The notes beneath the pieces were generated by a model. That model had not been told where the DNA came from. It saw only the letters and a program-made list of their open reading frames with translations, and ran no database searches. DNA of 64,000 bases, taken from NCBI GenBank assembly GCA_964578485.1, contig CAZODA010000012.1, positions 555-64,554 on the forward strand. Reading direction: 5' to 3'. A program made the position numbers and the translations under genes. Below, piece by piece: positions 50,551 through 60,463 of this stretch; positions within the stretch are counted from its first letter, which is position 1, and each line of letters starts with the position of its first letter. This DNA is from an uncultured Alkalitalea sp. (lineage in GTDB: Bacteria; Bacteroidota; Bacteroidia; Bacteroidales; Marinilabiliaceae).

Positions 50551-50717
50551 GAAGCGATTTATCAAAATACTTTTTTATTAAAAGACAAAACATTTATGAC
50601 CTATACGCTATTTTTCAAGGTTATAAGCTAAGCTTAATCAATAGAATCATAAAATCAAAGTAGTTTCTACTGTCCGTTTTAGGACAGTTGGTGTACAATT
50701 TCGAACACTTTTTAAAA

Positions 50718-51380
50718 ATGATACATACCAGGAATTTAATAAAAACATTCAAGACCTCCGAAGTTGAAACCATGGCCCTAATTAATATAAATATTGATAT
50801 TGGTAAAGGAGAGTTTGTTTCTGTCAGCGGTCCTGCCGGTAGTGGAAAATCCTCTTTATTTAACATTCTTGGCTTATTGGATAAGCCCGACAGTGGTGAG
50901 ATATATTTTATGGGGAAAGAATGTGCCGGGCTAAGTCTTAATCAATTAGAAAAACTCAGGAAGGGAAACATTGGTTATATATTCAAGAACTCCGGGTTGG
51001 TAGATGAGTTAACGATATTCTCCAATATAGAATTACCTTTATTATATTTGAATGTTTCCCGAAAAAAAAGGAAAGAAATGGTCAATGAATTATTGTCAGA
51101 ATATAAACTTGAGCATAAAAGAAACAGTTATCCTGACGAGTTAACCAAATTTCAGCAACAGATGGTAAGCATTGCCAGGGCTATAGTATTCAAGCCGGGT
51201 CTATTATTGGCAGATGAGCCTGCCGGTAGTTTAAATTCACTTGAAGGTGGTGAAATACTTGAAACATTATCATTAATAAATCAGGACGGTACTTCTGTTT
51301 TATTTTTCACCAATTCTATGCAGGAGGCGCAAAGAGCGGGTCGTGTCATTCAGCTCTTTGATGGTCATACTATCAGCTAA
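50718..51380 (+). CDS. MacB/LolD-type ABC transporter ATP-binding protein with degenerate catalytic motifs
   Basis: The start is taken at the first ATG (MIHTRNL); the ORF track opens at TTG 50688. Walker A is GPAGSGKSS and Walker B is LLLADEP. The Q-loop reads IFK, the signature reads LTKFQ and the H-loop reads FTNS (see finding). Confidence 0.85.
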   Translation: MIHTRNLIKTFKTSEVETMALININIDIGKGEFVSVSGPAGSGKSSLFNILGLLDKPDSGEIYFMGKECAGLSLNQLEKLRKGNIGYIFKNSGLVDELTIFSNIELPLLYLNVSRKKRKEMVNELLSEYKLEHKRNSYPDELTKFQQQMVSIARAIVFKPGLLLADEPAGSLNSLEGGEILETLSLINQDGTSVLFFTNSMQEAQRAGRVIQLFDGHTIS

Positions 51381-51441
51381 TTCAAACAATAAAATTTGTT
51401 CATAATAATATAATCTGATAAATAAGTACAAATTTGTTTTT

Positions 51442-53892
51442 ATGCGTTTTTTGAATTTTATATCGACTTTTTTCAGAAACATTACTTTAAATCGTACTAT
51501 TTCACTATTAACGCTCCTTGGTCTTTCTTTGGGTATTGCCATGAGTTTGTTAATGATTATATATATATCTTATGAAACAAATTATGACAGGCATTTTCCG
51601 GATTCAGAGAATATTTACCGTATATATAGTTATGGCAATATTGGCGAGGACAGCATTAAAAGTGCATTAAGTCCTATTCCCCTTTCCGAAGAGTTACAAC
51701 ACTTACAGGGCATACAAAATGCAACCCGTCTAACACCCGCAACAAGCAAAATCATTTCAAGTAGTAGTATGAAGTCGCTTGAATCATTTTTTTTCTATGC
51801 TGATTCTAATTTTTTCAAGGTATTTGAAGTTCCCTTTTTACTGGGTATTCCGGATACAGTTTTCTCTTGTAAAAATTATGCAGTTATAACATTATCGGCA
51901 GCACAACGCCTTTTTGGCCAGGAAAATCCTATAGGCAACAGCATTAGTATTGATAATGATCTTGAATATATTATTTCAGGTGTTATATCAGATATTCCTT
52001 CAAATACACATTTCAACATAGATATATTAGGGAACTGGTCTCTTTTGGAGAAAAAAATTCTTTCAGATTCAAAGGATGACACTGCAACAATTATAAACAA
52101 CTGGCTACATCTTAACAGTTATACTTATTATAGAACAGATTCTGATATTTCTAACTCTGACCTAAGCGATAATATTTCTGAGTTCACAGATGAGATAATA
52201 AAAGCGCAGATATCCAAAACTTTTGGAAACAACGACAATTTTGAAGACAAAGTAAGTTTGAATTTTGCTTCTCAACCCATCCACGACATACATCTTCATT
52301 CGCATCTTGATTACGAAATTCTTCAAACTGCCAATCCCCATTATATCAAATTATTCACTTGGATAGCAATATTGGTATTAATAGTAACAACAATAAATTT
52401 CATGCATCTTTCAACAGCAAAGTCCTTTGTTCGTTTCAAGGAAATAAGCATGCGTAAAATTTACTTTTCAAGACGCCAAGACATTGCAATTCAGCTAATA
52501 ACTGAGGCTATTTTATATTCTTTTATGGCACTTCTGATAGCTCTTGTTTTAGTAGAACTACTTTTCCCTTTATTTACCTATCTTTTTGATATAAATATTT
52601 CTTCCTACAGTTTTCTCGATCACCCCGATTTGATCTCCTTATTTTTAATTGCCTTGATTGTAGGAATATTATCAGGTAGTTATCCTGCCATTTTTTATAG
52701 TAGCTTAAAACCTATATCCATACTTCAAGGTAATATCCGAATTAAAAAAAACAGTTTGTTTTTTCGAGGTATAATGGTAACAATTCAGGTTGGATTATTC
52801 ATTTCATTAATTTCTGTTACCATCATTATTAACAGACAATATAATTTTCTAATAAAATCTGATCATGGTTTCAATACCGAGAATCTTCTTGTTATTGAAC
52901 GTGGTTTTGCTACCATGGAAGAGCAAAAAGTTTTTAAAGACACTCTGTTACATAACATACCCATACAACATGCAGGTATTATACAACACATTCCGGGTGA
53001 AGAACCCGGTATGATATCATTTAAAAAAGATGATCCAAACGAAGGAGTCATGCTTCTGGCAATAAATTATGCGGATTCCGATTTTTTCAAAACTATGGGA
53101 GTCGATTTCCTTCATGGCAGGTCTTTCAATGAATCTGACACAGCAAACCCTTCAAACATTATAATTAATGAATCTGCTGCACGATTAATAGCCTATGATA
53201 CTGCCGGTGCCGGAAGGATTGAATTAATTGGTGGCCGCGATAACACAACTATCCATAAATATGAAATCATTGGAGTTATCAATGACATTCATTTTGAAAG
53301 TATGAAAGCTCCTGTTCGCCCTATGGTATATATGCAGTTGGATCAAAGCAGCATGTCTGGTCATATAATCATAAATACCGGAAATATACCTTCGGCAGAA
53401 ATTTTGTCTAAAATACAAGAGTTATTGAACGATCATTTTCAAGCTAATATTATTCCCCCCTATCCAATGGAAAAAATAAGGGAAGGCTTTTATTCTGATG
53501 AGAAGAAATTTGCCCGCTTAGGACTTATATTTACTATTTTGACCTATTCTCTTGCCTTATTGAGTCAGATTGGAATGGCCACTTTTTTGTTACATTATCA
53601 TCAAAAAAGAAATTATATAAAAAAAACTTATTTTGCTTCAACTTTTCGGTTAATTACAGGTACTTTCAAGTTTTCAGGGCTTTTTATTTTAACAGCAATA
53701 CTGATTTCCCTGCCTCTTTCAATACTTACAACACAGATATGGCTTTCTGAGTTCCACAGCATTTTGAGGCCTACTATAATATATTATCTCATACCAATAT
53801 TAATCACCATTAGCACTTTCTGTTTAACTGTATTTATCATCGGCAATAGGGCCTTTAAAAAGCAACATGATTTTTTTATCGAATATGGTTGA
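51442..53892 (+). CDS. MacB-like ABC transporter permease (double FtsX domain)
   Basis: 816 aa. Two repeats each consist of one TM helix, a large extracytoplasmic domain and a three-TM FtsX-type bundle. This is the typical Bacteroidota about-800-aa FtsX permease. Confidence 0.85.
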   Translation: MRFLNFISTFFRNITLNRTISLLTLLGLSLGIAMSLLMIIYISYETNYDRHFPDSENIYRIYSYGNIGEDSIKSALSPIPLSEELQHLQGIQNATRLTPATSKIISSSSMKSLESFFFYADSNFFKVFEVPFLLGIPDTVFSCKNYAVITLSAAQRLFGQENPIGNSISIDNDLEYIISGVISDIPSNTHFNIDILGNWSLLEKKILSDSKDDTATIINNWLHLNSYTYYRTDSDISNSDLSDNISEFTDEIIKAQISKTFGNNDNFEDKVSLNFASQPIHDIHLHSHLDYEILQTANPHYIKLFTWIAILVLIVTTINFMHLSTAKSFVRFKEISMRKIYFSRRQDIAIQLITEAILYSFMALLIALVLVELLFPLFTYLFDINISSYSFLDHPDLISLFLIALIVGILSGSYPAIFYSSLKPISILQGNIRIKKNSLFFRGIMVTIQVGLFISLISVTIIINRQYNFLIKSDHGFNTENLLVIERGFATMEEQKVFKDTLLHNIPIQHAGIIQHIPGEEPGMISFKKDDPNEGVMLLAINYADSDFFKTMGVDFLHGRSFNESDTANPSNIIINESAARLIAYDTAGAGRIELIGGRDNTTIHKYEIIGVINDIHFESMKAPVRPMVYMQLDQSSMSGHIIINTGNIPSAEILSKIQELLNDHFQANIIPPYPMEKIREGFYSDEKKFARLGLIFTILTYSLALLSQIGMATFLLHYHQKRNYIKKTYFASTFRLITGTFKFSGLFILTAILISLPLSILTTQIWLSEFHSILRPTIIYYLIPILITISTFCLTVFIIGNRAFKKQHDFFIEYG

Positions 53893-54106
53893 TTATTCTT
53901 CAAAATTAAATTCAGAGCTACAAAGATGATTTGCTATTTCTTTTTAACAGTTTTAACATAAACTTGGGACATCCACAAAAAATAATATCCAAATCCGGTA
54001 AAAATCTATTAATTTATTAGTCGTTGATTTTGAAAAAAATGAATATATTTGCGCCTTAATGATAAGTAACTAGAATAAAGAAAAAGAAAAGATAAAAGTT
54101 AAACAA

Positions 54107-57100
54107 ATGCAAAACAAAGGAGCGATCAGGCTATTTGCCATACTTTTGGCATTAGTTAGTTTATATCAATTAATTTTTACATACAAGACCCGTAGTATTG
54201 AGGCCGATGCAAAAGAATATGCTATTACCCGGGCGGGAGAAGATGATGATTTAGAGCTAATCCGAAGTTATGAAGTTCATTATCTCGATTCAATGTCCCA
54301 TGAAATAGCTTATAATTTCCTTTTTGGTCTCAGGCATTATACTTATATGGAATGTAAGGCCAGAGAGATCAATTTTGGTCTTGATTTAAAGGGAGGTATG
54401 AACCTGGTACTTGAAGTTAAAGTAGCAGACATTTTAGAAGCCTTATCAAATCATAGTCAGGATGAGAACTTTTTAAAAGCAATTGAGCAGGCTAAAGAAA
54501 GGGAGCTGACCTCAACCCGTGATTTTATCACCTTATTTGAAGAGGAATTCAACAGAATTGCACCTAACGCTAATTTAGCTGCTATTTTTCACACTGCCGA
54601 ATTGCGTGATCGCATTCCATACGATTCCACTAACGATGAAGTAATAAGGGTGTTACGCAGGGAATCGGAATCTGCTATTAGCAATGCTTTTAATATTATA
54701 CGTACCAGGATAGATCGTTTTGGGGTTGTTCAACCTAACGTACAACGTTTACCACAAAATCCCGGTCGCGTTTTAATTGAGCTTCCCGGTGTAACTGATC
54801 CCAATAGAGTAAGGGAATTACTACGCGGTACAGCTAATCTCGAATTTTGGGAGACTCATGAAAGCGAGGCAATTTATCCTTATCTGGCGCAAGCAAATCA
54901 GATTATTGTTCGTCACGAACAAAGTAAAAGATTAAGTTCTTCAACTGATTATGAAGATGTTGAATTATCAAAAGTCACAGCTGAAACTGAAGAAAGTTTA
55001 GATTTACTTGAAGAGCTTGGCGATGATATTGATGAGCCCGAAGAAGATATTCGTTCATTATTCACTTTACTTCAGCCAATGCCACAAGCTTCAGGCCCTA
55101 TTGTTGGTATTGCCAGAAGCCGTGATATGTCACAAATTAATGAATGGTTAGAACAGGAAGAAATTCGTTCGGTATTACCTCGTGATCTAAAATTATTATG
55201 GACGGTAAAACCTATTCCACGTGATAATTTAAGATATTGGGTTCCTGATGCGGGTGATACTCGTGAAGAGTTCTATCAATTAATAGCTATTCGTTCAACC
55301 AGCCATGATGGTCGTGCTCCTCTTGAAGGAAATGTTATAACCAATGCCAGTGACCGCGTTAGTCAAACCGGCACTTTTGAAGTTGAGATGTCTATGAGCA
55401 GTGAAGGTGGCAGGACTTGGGCTCGACTTACTAAGGCGAATATAGGAAAATCTATTGCCATTGTTATGGATGGCTACGTTTATAGTTTCCCTACTGTACA
55501 AAACGAAATTAAAGGAGGTAGAAGCTCCATCACGGGCAACTTTTCCCCGGAGGAGGCTAAAGACCTTGCAAACATTTTAAAATCAGGTTCCCTACCTGCT
55601 CCTGCTCACATTATTGAAGACACTGTTGTTGGGCCTTCACTTGGACAGGAAGCTGTAGATGCCGGTTTAAAATCATTTTTATGGGCTTTTATTGCGATAC
55701 TGGTCTTTGTAATTTTCTATTATGGTTTTAAAGCCGGAGTAGTTGCCGATATTGCATTATTGACAAACGTATTTTTCATCATGGGGGTTTTGGCAGCTTT
55801 TAATGCTGTACTAACCTTGCCGGGCATTGCCGGTATTGTTCTTACCATTGGAATGTCAATTGATGCCAACGTGCTTATTTATGAAAGGATACGTGAGGAA
55901 TTGCGTGCCGGCAAGGGCTTGCGTCTTGCAGTGAATGATGGTTATAAAAATGCTTTTTCTGCCATTATCGACTCCAACGTAACTACCTTTTTAACAGGTT
56001 TAATATTATTCATATTCGGTACCGGCCCTATTAAAGGTTTTGCTACCACTCTTATGATAGGTATTGCTACTTCGTTTTTCACAGCTATTTATGTTACTCG
56101 TCTAATTTATGAATCTTTGCTTGATTCAAAAGTTGACATAAAATTTTCTTCTAAATGGACCGGCAACTTATTTACTAACCTCAAGTTTAAATTCATAGAA
56201 AAGAGTAAAATATTTTTCATAGGATCGGGAGCTATATTATTAATTTTTGTTGTATCACTGTTTACCCGAGGTTTGGAACAAGGTATTGATTTTACCGGTG
56301 GCCGTACTTTTGTTGTTCGCTTTGAAGAACCTGTTAATGCCTCCAATATACTTTCTTCTTTACATGGATCATTTGAGGGCTCCAACGTTGAAGTAAAGAC
56401 CTATGGTACGGCCAATCAAGTTCGTATAGCAACCAACTATCTCGTTTATGAAACTGAAGAATCGGCAGATCAAAAAGTTGATGAAGCCCTTTTTACAGGC
56501 TTACAGGATTTCTTGCCTGCTGGTACATCAAACGAGACTTTTCAAAGGGATTATGAGATGAGTTCACAAAAGGTTGGTCCAACTATGGCAACCGATATAA
56601 GGAATAAAGCGACAACAGCAGTAATTCTTGCATTAATAGTGATGTTTCTTTATATTTTGGTTCGTTTCCGTGGATGGCAACTGGGTTTAGGGGCTATTGG
56701 TGCTCTCGTTCATGACGTTTTGATGGTTTTAGGTGTTTTCTCGCTTACCAACAAAATCATGCCGTTTTCTATGGAGGTCGATCAATCTTTTATTGCTGCA
56801 ATATTAACGGTAATAGGATATTCTATTAACGATACTGTTGTAATCTTTGACCGTTTTCGTGAATTCCGTCAATTATATCCCAAGCGACAGCTCAAGGATG
56901 TATTTAATTTATCGATTAACTCAATTATCAGTCGTACTATAATAACTTCTGTTACAACATTTATGGTTCTACTTGTAATCTTCCTTTTCGGAGGCGAGGT
57001 GATTCGTGGTTTCATCTTTGCTTTAGGCCTGGGAGTAATTGTTGGGACATATTCTTCTGTTTTTATTGCCTCTCCACTTGCTTATACATTTATGAAAAAA

Positions 57101-57136
57101 ACTGAAGCAGGCAAAAAAGGTAGAACAAAGAAATAG
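54107..57136 (+). CDS. secDF: protein translocase subunit SecDF (fused)
   Basis: 1009 aa. The SecD part (GLDLKGGMNLVLEV, large periplasmic domain, 6 TM) is followed by the SecF part (GIDFTGGRTF..., 6 TM). Confidence 0.93.
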   Translation: MQNKGAIRLFAILLALVSLYQLIFTYKTRSIEADAKEYAITRAGEDDDLELIRSYEVHYLDSMSHEIAYNFLFGLRHYTYMECKAREINFGLDLKGGMNLVLEVKVADILEALSNHSQDENFLKAIEQAKERELTSTRDFITLFEEEFNRIAPNANLAAIFHTAELRDRIPYDSTNDEVIRVLRRESESAISNAFNIIRTRIDRFGVVQPNVQRLPQNPGRVLIELPGVTDPNRVRELLRGTANLEFWETHESEAIYPYLAQANQIIVRHEQSKRLSSSTDYEDVELSKVTAETEESLDLLEELGDDIDEPEEDIRSLFTLLQPMPQASGPIVGIARSRDMSQINEWLEQEEIRSVLPRDLKLLWTVKPIPRDNLRYWVPDAGDTREEFYQLIAIRSTSHDGRAPLEGNVITNASDRVSQTGTFEVEMSMSSEGGRTWARLTKANIGKSIAIVMDGYVYSFPTVQNEIKGGRSSITGNFSPEEAKDLANILKSGSLPAPAHIIEDTVVGPSLGQEAVDAGLKSFLWAFIAILVFVIFYYGFKAGVVADIALLTNVFFIMGVLAAFNAVLTLPGIAGIVLTIGMSIDANVLIYERIREELRAGKGLRLAVNDGYKNAFSAIIDSNVTTFLTGLILFIFGTGPIKGFATTLMIGIATSFFTAIYVTRLIYESLLDSKVDIKFSSKWTGNLFTNLKFKFIEKSKIFFIGSGAILLIFVVSLFTRGLEQGIDFTGGRTFVVRFEEPVNASNILSSLHGSFEGSNVEVKTYGTANQVRIATNYLVYETEESADQKVDEALFTGLQDFLPAGTSNETFQRDYEMSSQKVGPTMATDIRNKATTAVILALIVMFLYILVRFRGWQLGLGAIGALVHDVLMVLGVFSLTNKIMPFSMEVDQSFIAAILTVIGYSINDTVVIFDRFREFRQLYPKRQLKDVFNLSINSIISRTIITSVTTFMVLLVIFLFGGEVIRGFIFALGLGVIVGTYSSVFIASPLAYTFMKKTEAGKKGRTKK

Positions 57137-57151
57137 CTGAAAAATTAATTA

Positions 57152-57296
57152 ACATTATCAGTCATCAGTTAACAGTTAATAGTGATCAGTAATCAATAGG
57201 AATGATCGACAATGAATAATCGTAGAGACCTTGCATGCAAGGTCTTTTTACGTGATATGTCGCGTCTGTTTAGGGTTTTTGAGCGAAGCGAAATCT
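57152..57296 (+). repeat. mosaic intergenic repeat, copy C
   Basis: About 6 CAGTNAN heptads (57159-57200) are followed by AATGATCGACAATG and the perfect 20-nt palindrome AGACCTTGCA/TGCAAGGTCT (57226-57245). Next come the segment GATATGTCGCGTCTGTTTAGGG (homologous to B1 and B2) and the box TTTGAGCGAAGCGAAATC (57278-57295) in forward orientation. Confidence 0.75.
57226..57250 (+). terminator. palindrome module of repeat C acting as the likely secDF terminator
   Basis: The stem AGACCTTG/CAAGGTCT with central CATG is followed directly by TTTTT. It lies 90 nt after the secDF stop, and no other hairpin occurs in between. Confidence 0.5.
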
Positions 57297-57521
57297 AATT
57301 ACAAAAATGTGGGAAAATGAAGTTCCCAATTACAATGAACGGTAATCGTAGAAATAATAGGCTGAAAACCTTATATATATGCTTCTACTCGGCGGATTTT
57401 TCCACCCCGCACAGAAGATTCTATTATTTAAAATCATCTTTTAAATATTTTTTTTAATTCACATTAGAAAATATCCTTTATTTAATATTGACTGTATCAA
57501 AATTATTCGCAGCGTATTTTA

Positions 57522-57529
57522 TATCTTTG
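57522..57529 (+). promoter_or_regulatory. candidate -7 box (TATCTTTG) for tatA
   Basis: TATCTTTG lies 17 nt before ATG 57546. No well-spaced -33 TTTG is present. Confidence 0.35.
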
Positions 57530-57545
57530 CATAAAAGCAGAAAAT

Positions 57546-57980
57546 ATGGTTGTATTTCTTTTTGGGATATCAATGGGTGAAATTTTAATAATTTTCCTTG
57601 TTGCCTTAATGCTTTTTGGCTCGAAAAAGATTCCCGATCTGGCGCGTTCACTTGGTAAAGGATTAAACGAACTTCGTAAAGCAAGCGAGGATATCAAGCG
57701 TGAGTTTATGGAAAGCACAGAAGAAATAAGAGAAGACCTCTCAGAGTTTGAAAAAGATTTACATCAAAACAATTTGGAGATAAAAAATATTGTTGATGAT
57801 TTTAATCACAACATAAATACAACAAACAGCGGGGAAAATATTTCTGGAGCTCACGATACTGACACATTTAAGTCGTCGGAAGCTGATAAATTACCGGATA
57901 AAAAGACATCCGCAAAAGATAACAGTAATCAGTTGGAATCATCCAACAATTCAACCGAAGACCAAGTCCCTGATAGTTAA
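57546..57980 (+). CDS. tatA: twin-arginine translocase TatA/TatE family subunit with a long polar C-terminal tail
   Basis: It has the TatA core MGEILIIFLVALMLFGSKKIPDLARSLGKGLNELRKA (a canonical start would be the internal ATG at 57573). About 95 acidic or polar residues follow. Confidence 0.85.
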   Translation: MVVFLFGISMGEILIIFLVALMLFGSKKIPDLARSLGKGLNELRKASEDIKREFMESTEEIREDLSEFEKDLHQNNLEIKNIVDDFNHNINTTNSGENISGAHDTDTFKSSEADKLPDKKTSAKDNSNQLESSNNSTEDQVPDS

Positions 57981-58048
57981 TTACTAAACTTGCATTTTTC
58001 TTTTATACAAAATTAAAAATACAGCTCCCAACTTTATAACTTCTCCTT

Positions 58049-58984
58049 ATGGCATATATTTGGCTAATATCAGGATTAATACTTTTATTTTTTAGTGGTA
58101 ATTGGCTCATAAAAAGTAGCGTTAACTTATCAAAGCACTTTAAGATAAGCACATTCGTAATTGGTCTCACAGTTGTTGCATTTGGCACTTCTGCTCCTGA
58201 GCTTTTTGTTAGCTTGAAGGCTGCATATACAGGTGTTCAGGATATTGCCATAGGAAATATTGTTGGTTCCAACATAGCAAATATTGGTTTAGTCTTAGGA
58301 TTAGTAGTCATTTTTATGCCTATTGCCATTAAAAACAGGGCTATTTTATTTGATTGGTCTGTGATGCTCTTAGCCACTATAATACTTTTTATTTTCGCTT
58401 ATAACGGGATATTGGGAGTTTGGGAGGGCATAATTTTTCTAGTATTATTTGTTCTTTATTTGCTTCATTCTATATTTAAATCACATAAAAAGACTATTTC
58501 GGAGGAGCAAGAATCTGTAGCCCCATCAATGAAGGTTATACCTGCCATTTTAATTGTTCTTGCTTCCATTATAGGTCTATATTATGGTGCCGACTTTTTA
58601 ATTAATGGTGCGCATGACATAGCACTTTCGTGGGGAGTGAGCGATCGTGTTATAGGAGTTTCAATTGTTGCTGTCGGCACAAGTTTGCCGGAATTAGCAG
58701 CTTCTTTAATTGCAGTTTTTAGAAAAGAAAATGATATTTCAGTCGGCAATATCATTGGTTCAAATATATTCAACATTTTAGGTATTTTAGGTGTCACTGC
58801 CACCGTAAGACCTCTCTATATCAACGACACCTCAATGTTTAGACTTGATTTAATCTTATGTTTGCTTCTTGCTGTAATTTTGCTCATTTTCATGACTCCT
58901 CTCAGCAGAGGCAATATAAGCCGATGGAAAGGTTTTATTATGTTTTTTATTTACTTTATGTATATTTATTTTATTTTTAAATAG
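58049..58984 (+). CDS. calcium/sodium antiporter (CaCA family, YrbG-like)
   Basis: 311 aa with about 10 TM segments and two alpha-repeats, [10 protein letters not shown] and [10 protein letters not shown]. Confidence 0.88.
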   Translation: MAYIWLISGLILLFFSGNWLIKSSVNLSKHFKISTFVIGLTVVAFGTSAPELFVSLKAAYTGVQDIAIGNIVGSNIANIGLVLGLVVIFMPIAIKNRAILFDWSVMLLATIILFIFAYNGILGVWEGIIFLVLFVLYLLHSIFKSHKKTISEEQESVAPSMKVIPAILIVLASIIGLYYGADFLINGAHDIALSWGVSDRVIGVSIVAVGTSLPELAASLIAVFRKENDISVGNIIGSNIFNILGILGVTATVRPLYINDTSMFRLDLILCLLLAVILLIFMTPLSRGNISRWKGFIMFFIYFMYIYFIFK

Positions 58985-58989
58985 AACTC

Positions 58990-59640
58990 ATGGTTGAAGG
59001 CAAAGGAATTCGAAAGTCATTTGGAGATTTGGAGGTGCTGAAAGGAATTGACATTTTTATTGAAGCTGCAGAAATTGTAACCATATTAGGAGCCAGCGGA
59101 GCAGGAAAAACTACATTGTTACAAATTTTAGGCTCTTTAGATTTACCATCTCAGGGTGAAGTTTTTATCAATAATCAAGCTCTTCACCAATTAAATGAAA
59201 AGCAACTTGCAAAATTCAGAAATCAAAATATAGGCTTTGTTTTTCAGTTTCATCAATTATTACCTGAATTCACAGCAGAAGAAAACTGTATGCTTCCTGC
59301 ACTTATTGGAAATAAAACAAAATATGCTGCCCGTGATAAAGCTCGTGAGCTATTAATTTTTTTGGGGCTCGGTCATCGCCTTGATCACAAACCCGGTCAG
59401 TTAAGTGGCGGAGAAAAACAAAGAGTGGCAGTAGCACGTGCCCTTATCAACGATCCTTTAGTAGTTTTTGCTGATGAGCCATCAGGCAATCTTGACTCGA
59501 AAAACCAAGAAGAGCTTATGGAACTTCTTTTTTCTTTAAGGGAACAATTTAAACAAACTTTTGTAATCGTAACCCACGATGAACATCTCGCAGAAAAATC
59601 GGACAGAATAATTCATATAAAAGATGGCTATATAATTTAA
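58990..59640 (+). CDS. lolD: ABC transporter ATP-binding protein, LolD-like
   Basis: 216 aa with a fully canonical motif set: [30 protein letters not shown] and VTHD. Confidence 0.8.
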   Translation: MVEGKGIRKSFGDLEVLKGIDIFIEAAEIVTILGASGAGKTTLLQILGSLDLPSQGEVFINNQALHQLNEKQLAKFRNQNIGFVFQFHQLLPEFTAEENCMLPALIGNKTKYAARDKARELLIFLGLGHRLDHKPGQLSGGEKQRVAVARALINDPLVVFADEPSGNLDSKNQEELMELLFSLREQFKQTFVIVTHDEHLAEKSDRIIHIKDGYII

Positions 59641-59701
59641 CCGGCCTACCCCTACCCGATATAAGATTTTACTTTAACGATTAAAAAGTAATGGCAACTT
59701 T

Positions 59702-60463
59702 TTAAAAATCTTCAAATATTCCAAGTCCAAACAAAGCAAAATCATATTTTACAGGATCAATTGCATCCATAATTCTAAGGTTTCGGTCTAATTCATGCAA
59801 GCTTTTTATATCATTTTGTTTCCTTGTTATCAACCCGAGCTTACGTGCCACATTCCCTGAATGAATATCTAATGGGCATGAAAGAATGGAAGGCGAAATA
59901 GATTTCCACAGGCCAAAATCAACTCCTTTATTATCATTTCGAACCATCCACCGAAGGAACATATTTATTCTCTTGGCTGCAGATCCTCTTGCCGGACTGC
60001 TTATATGTTTTCTGGTACGTGAAAGATGAGGTATAGAAAAAAAAATAATATTTAAAGCATTAATGGCAGGAATTATAGAATTATCATCTGAATAAGTCGA
60101 AAAAATCCCTTCAAGTCCATTATGATACTCATAAATATTTTTTAAAGATCTTACAAAGGTTTTAAGATCATCTGAATTAAATGTACGATGAACAAAGTTG
60201 TCAAATACTTTCAAGTCGTTTTTTTGATGGTTCATAACAAAATCATAGGGTGCATTATCCATTAAGGACATCATTTTTAGTGCATTTCTAATAATTACAG
60301 AACGTTGTCCCCATGCAATTATGGCAGTTAAAAAGCCTGCAATTTCAATATCTTTTTTTTCTGAAAATTGATGTGGAATAAATATAGGATCTGTTTCTAT
60401 GAAAGTGGGCTTGTTGTATTGAACAACCTTTTCATCAAGGAATTCTTTAACTTCTATCAGCAT
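59702..60463 (-). CDS. TIGR02757 (DUF2400) family protein of unknown function
   Basis: 253 aa. The assignment rests on recollection of family-typical blocks (DPIFIPH, FLTAIIAWGQR, FLRWMVRNDNKGVDFGLW) and is moderately certain. Confidence 0.65.
   Translation of the reverse strand: MLIEVKEFLDEKVVQYNKPTFIETDPIFIPHQFSEKKDIEIAGFLTAIIAWGQRSVIIRNALKMMSLMDNAPYDFVMNHQKNDLKVFDNFVHRTFNSDDLKTFVRSLKNIYEYHNGLEGIFSTYSDDNSIIPAINALNIIFFSIPHLSRTRKHISSPARGSAAKRINMFLRWMVRNDNKGVDFGLWKSISPSILSCPLDIHSGNVARKLGLITRKQNDIKSLHELDRNLRIMDAIDPVKYDFALFGLGIFEDF

Noticed and set aside
50621-50866. 81-aa minus-strand ORF in the regulator/ABC intergenic region.
   Set aside because: Most of it is antisense to the ABC ATPase N-terminus including the Walker A region. 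It has no motif support.
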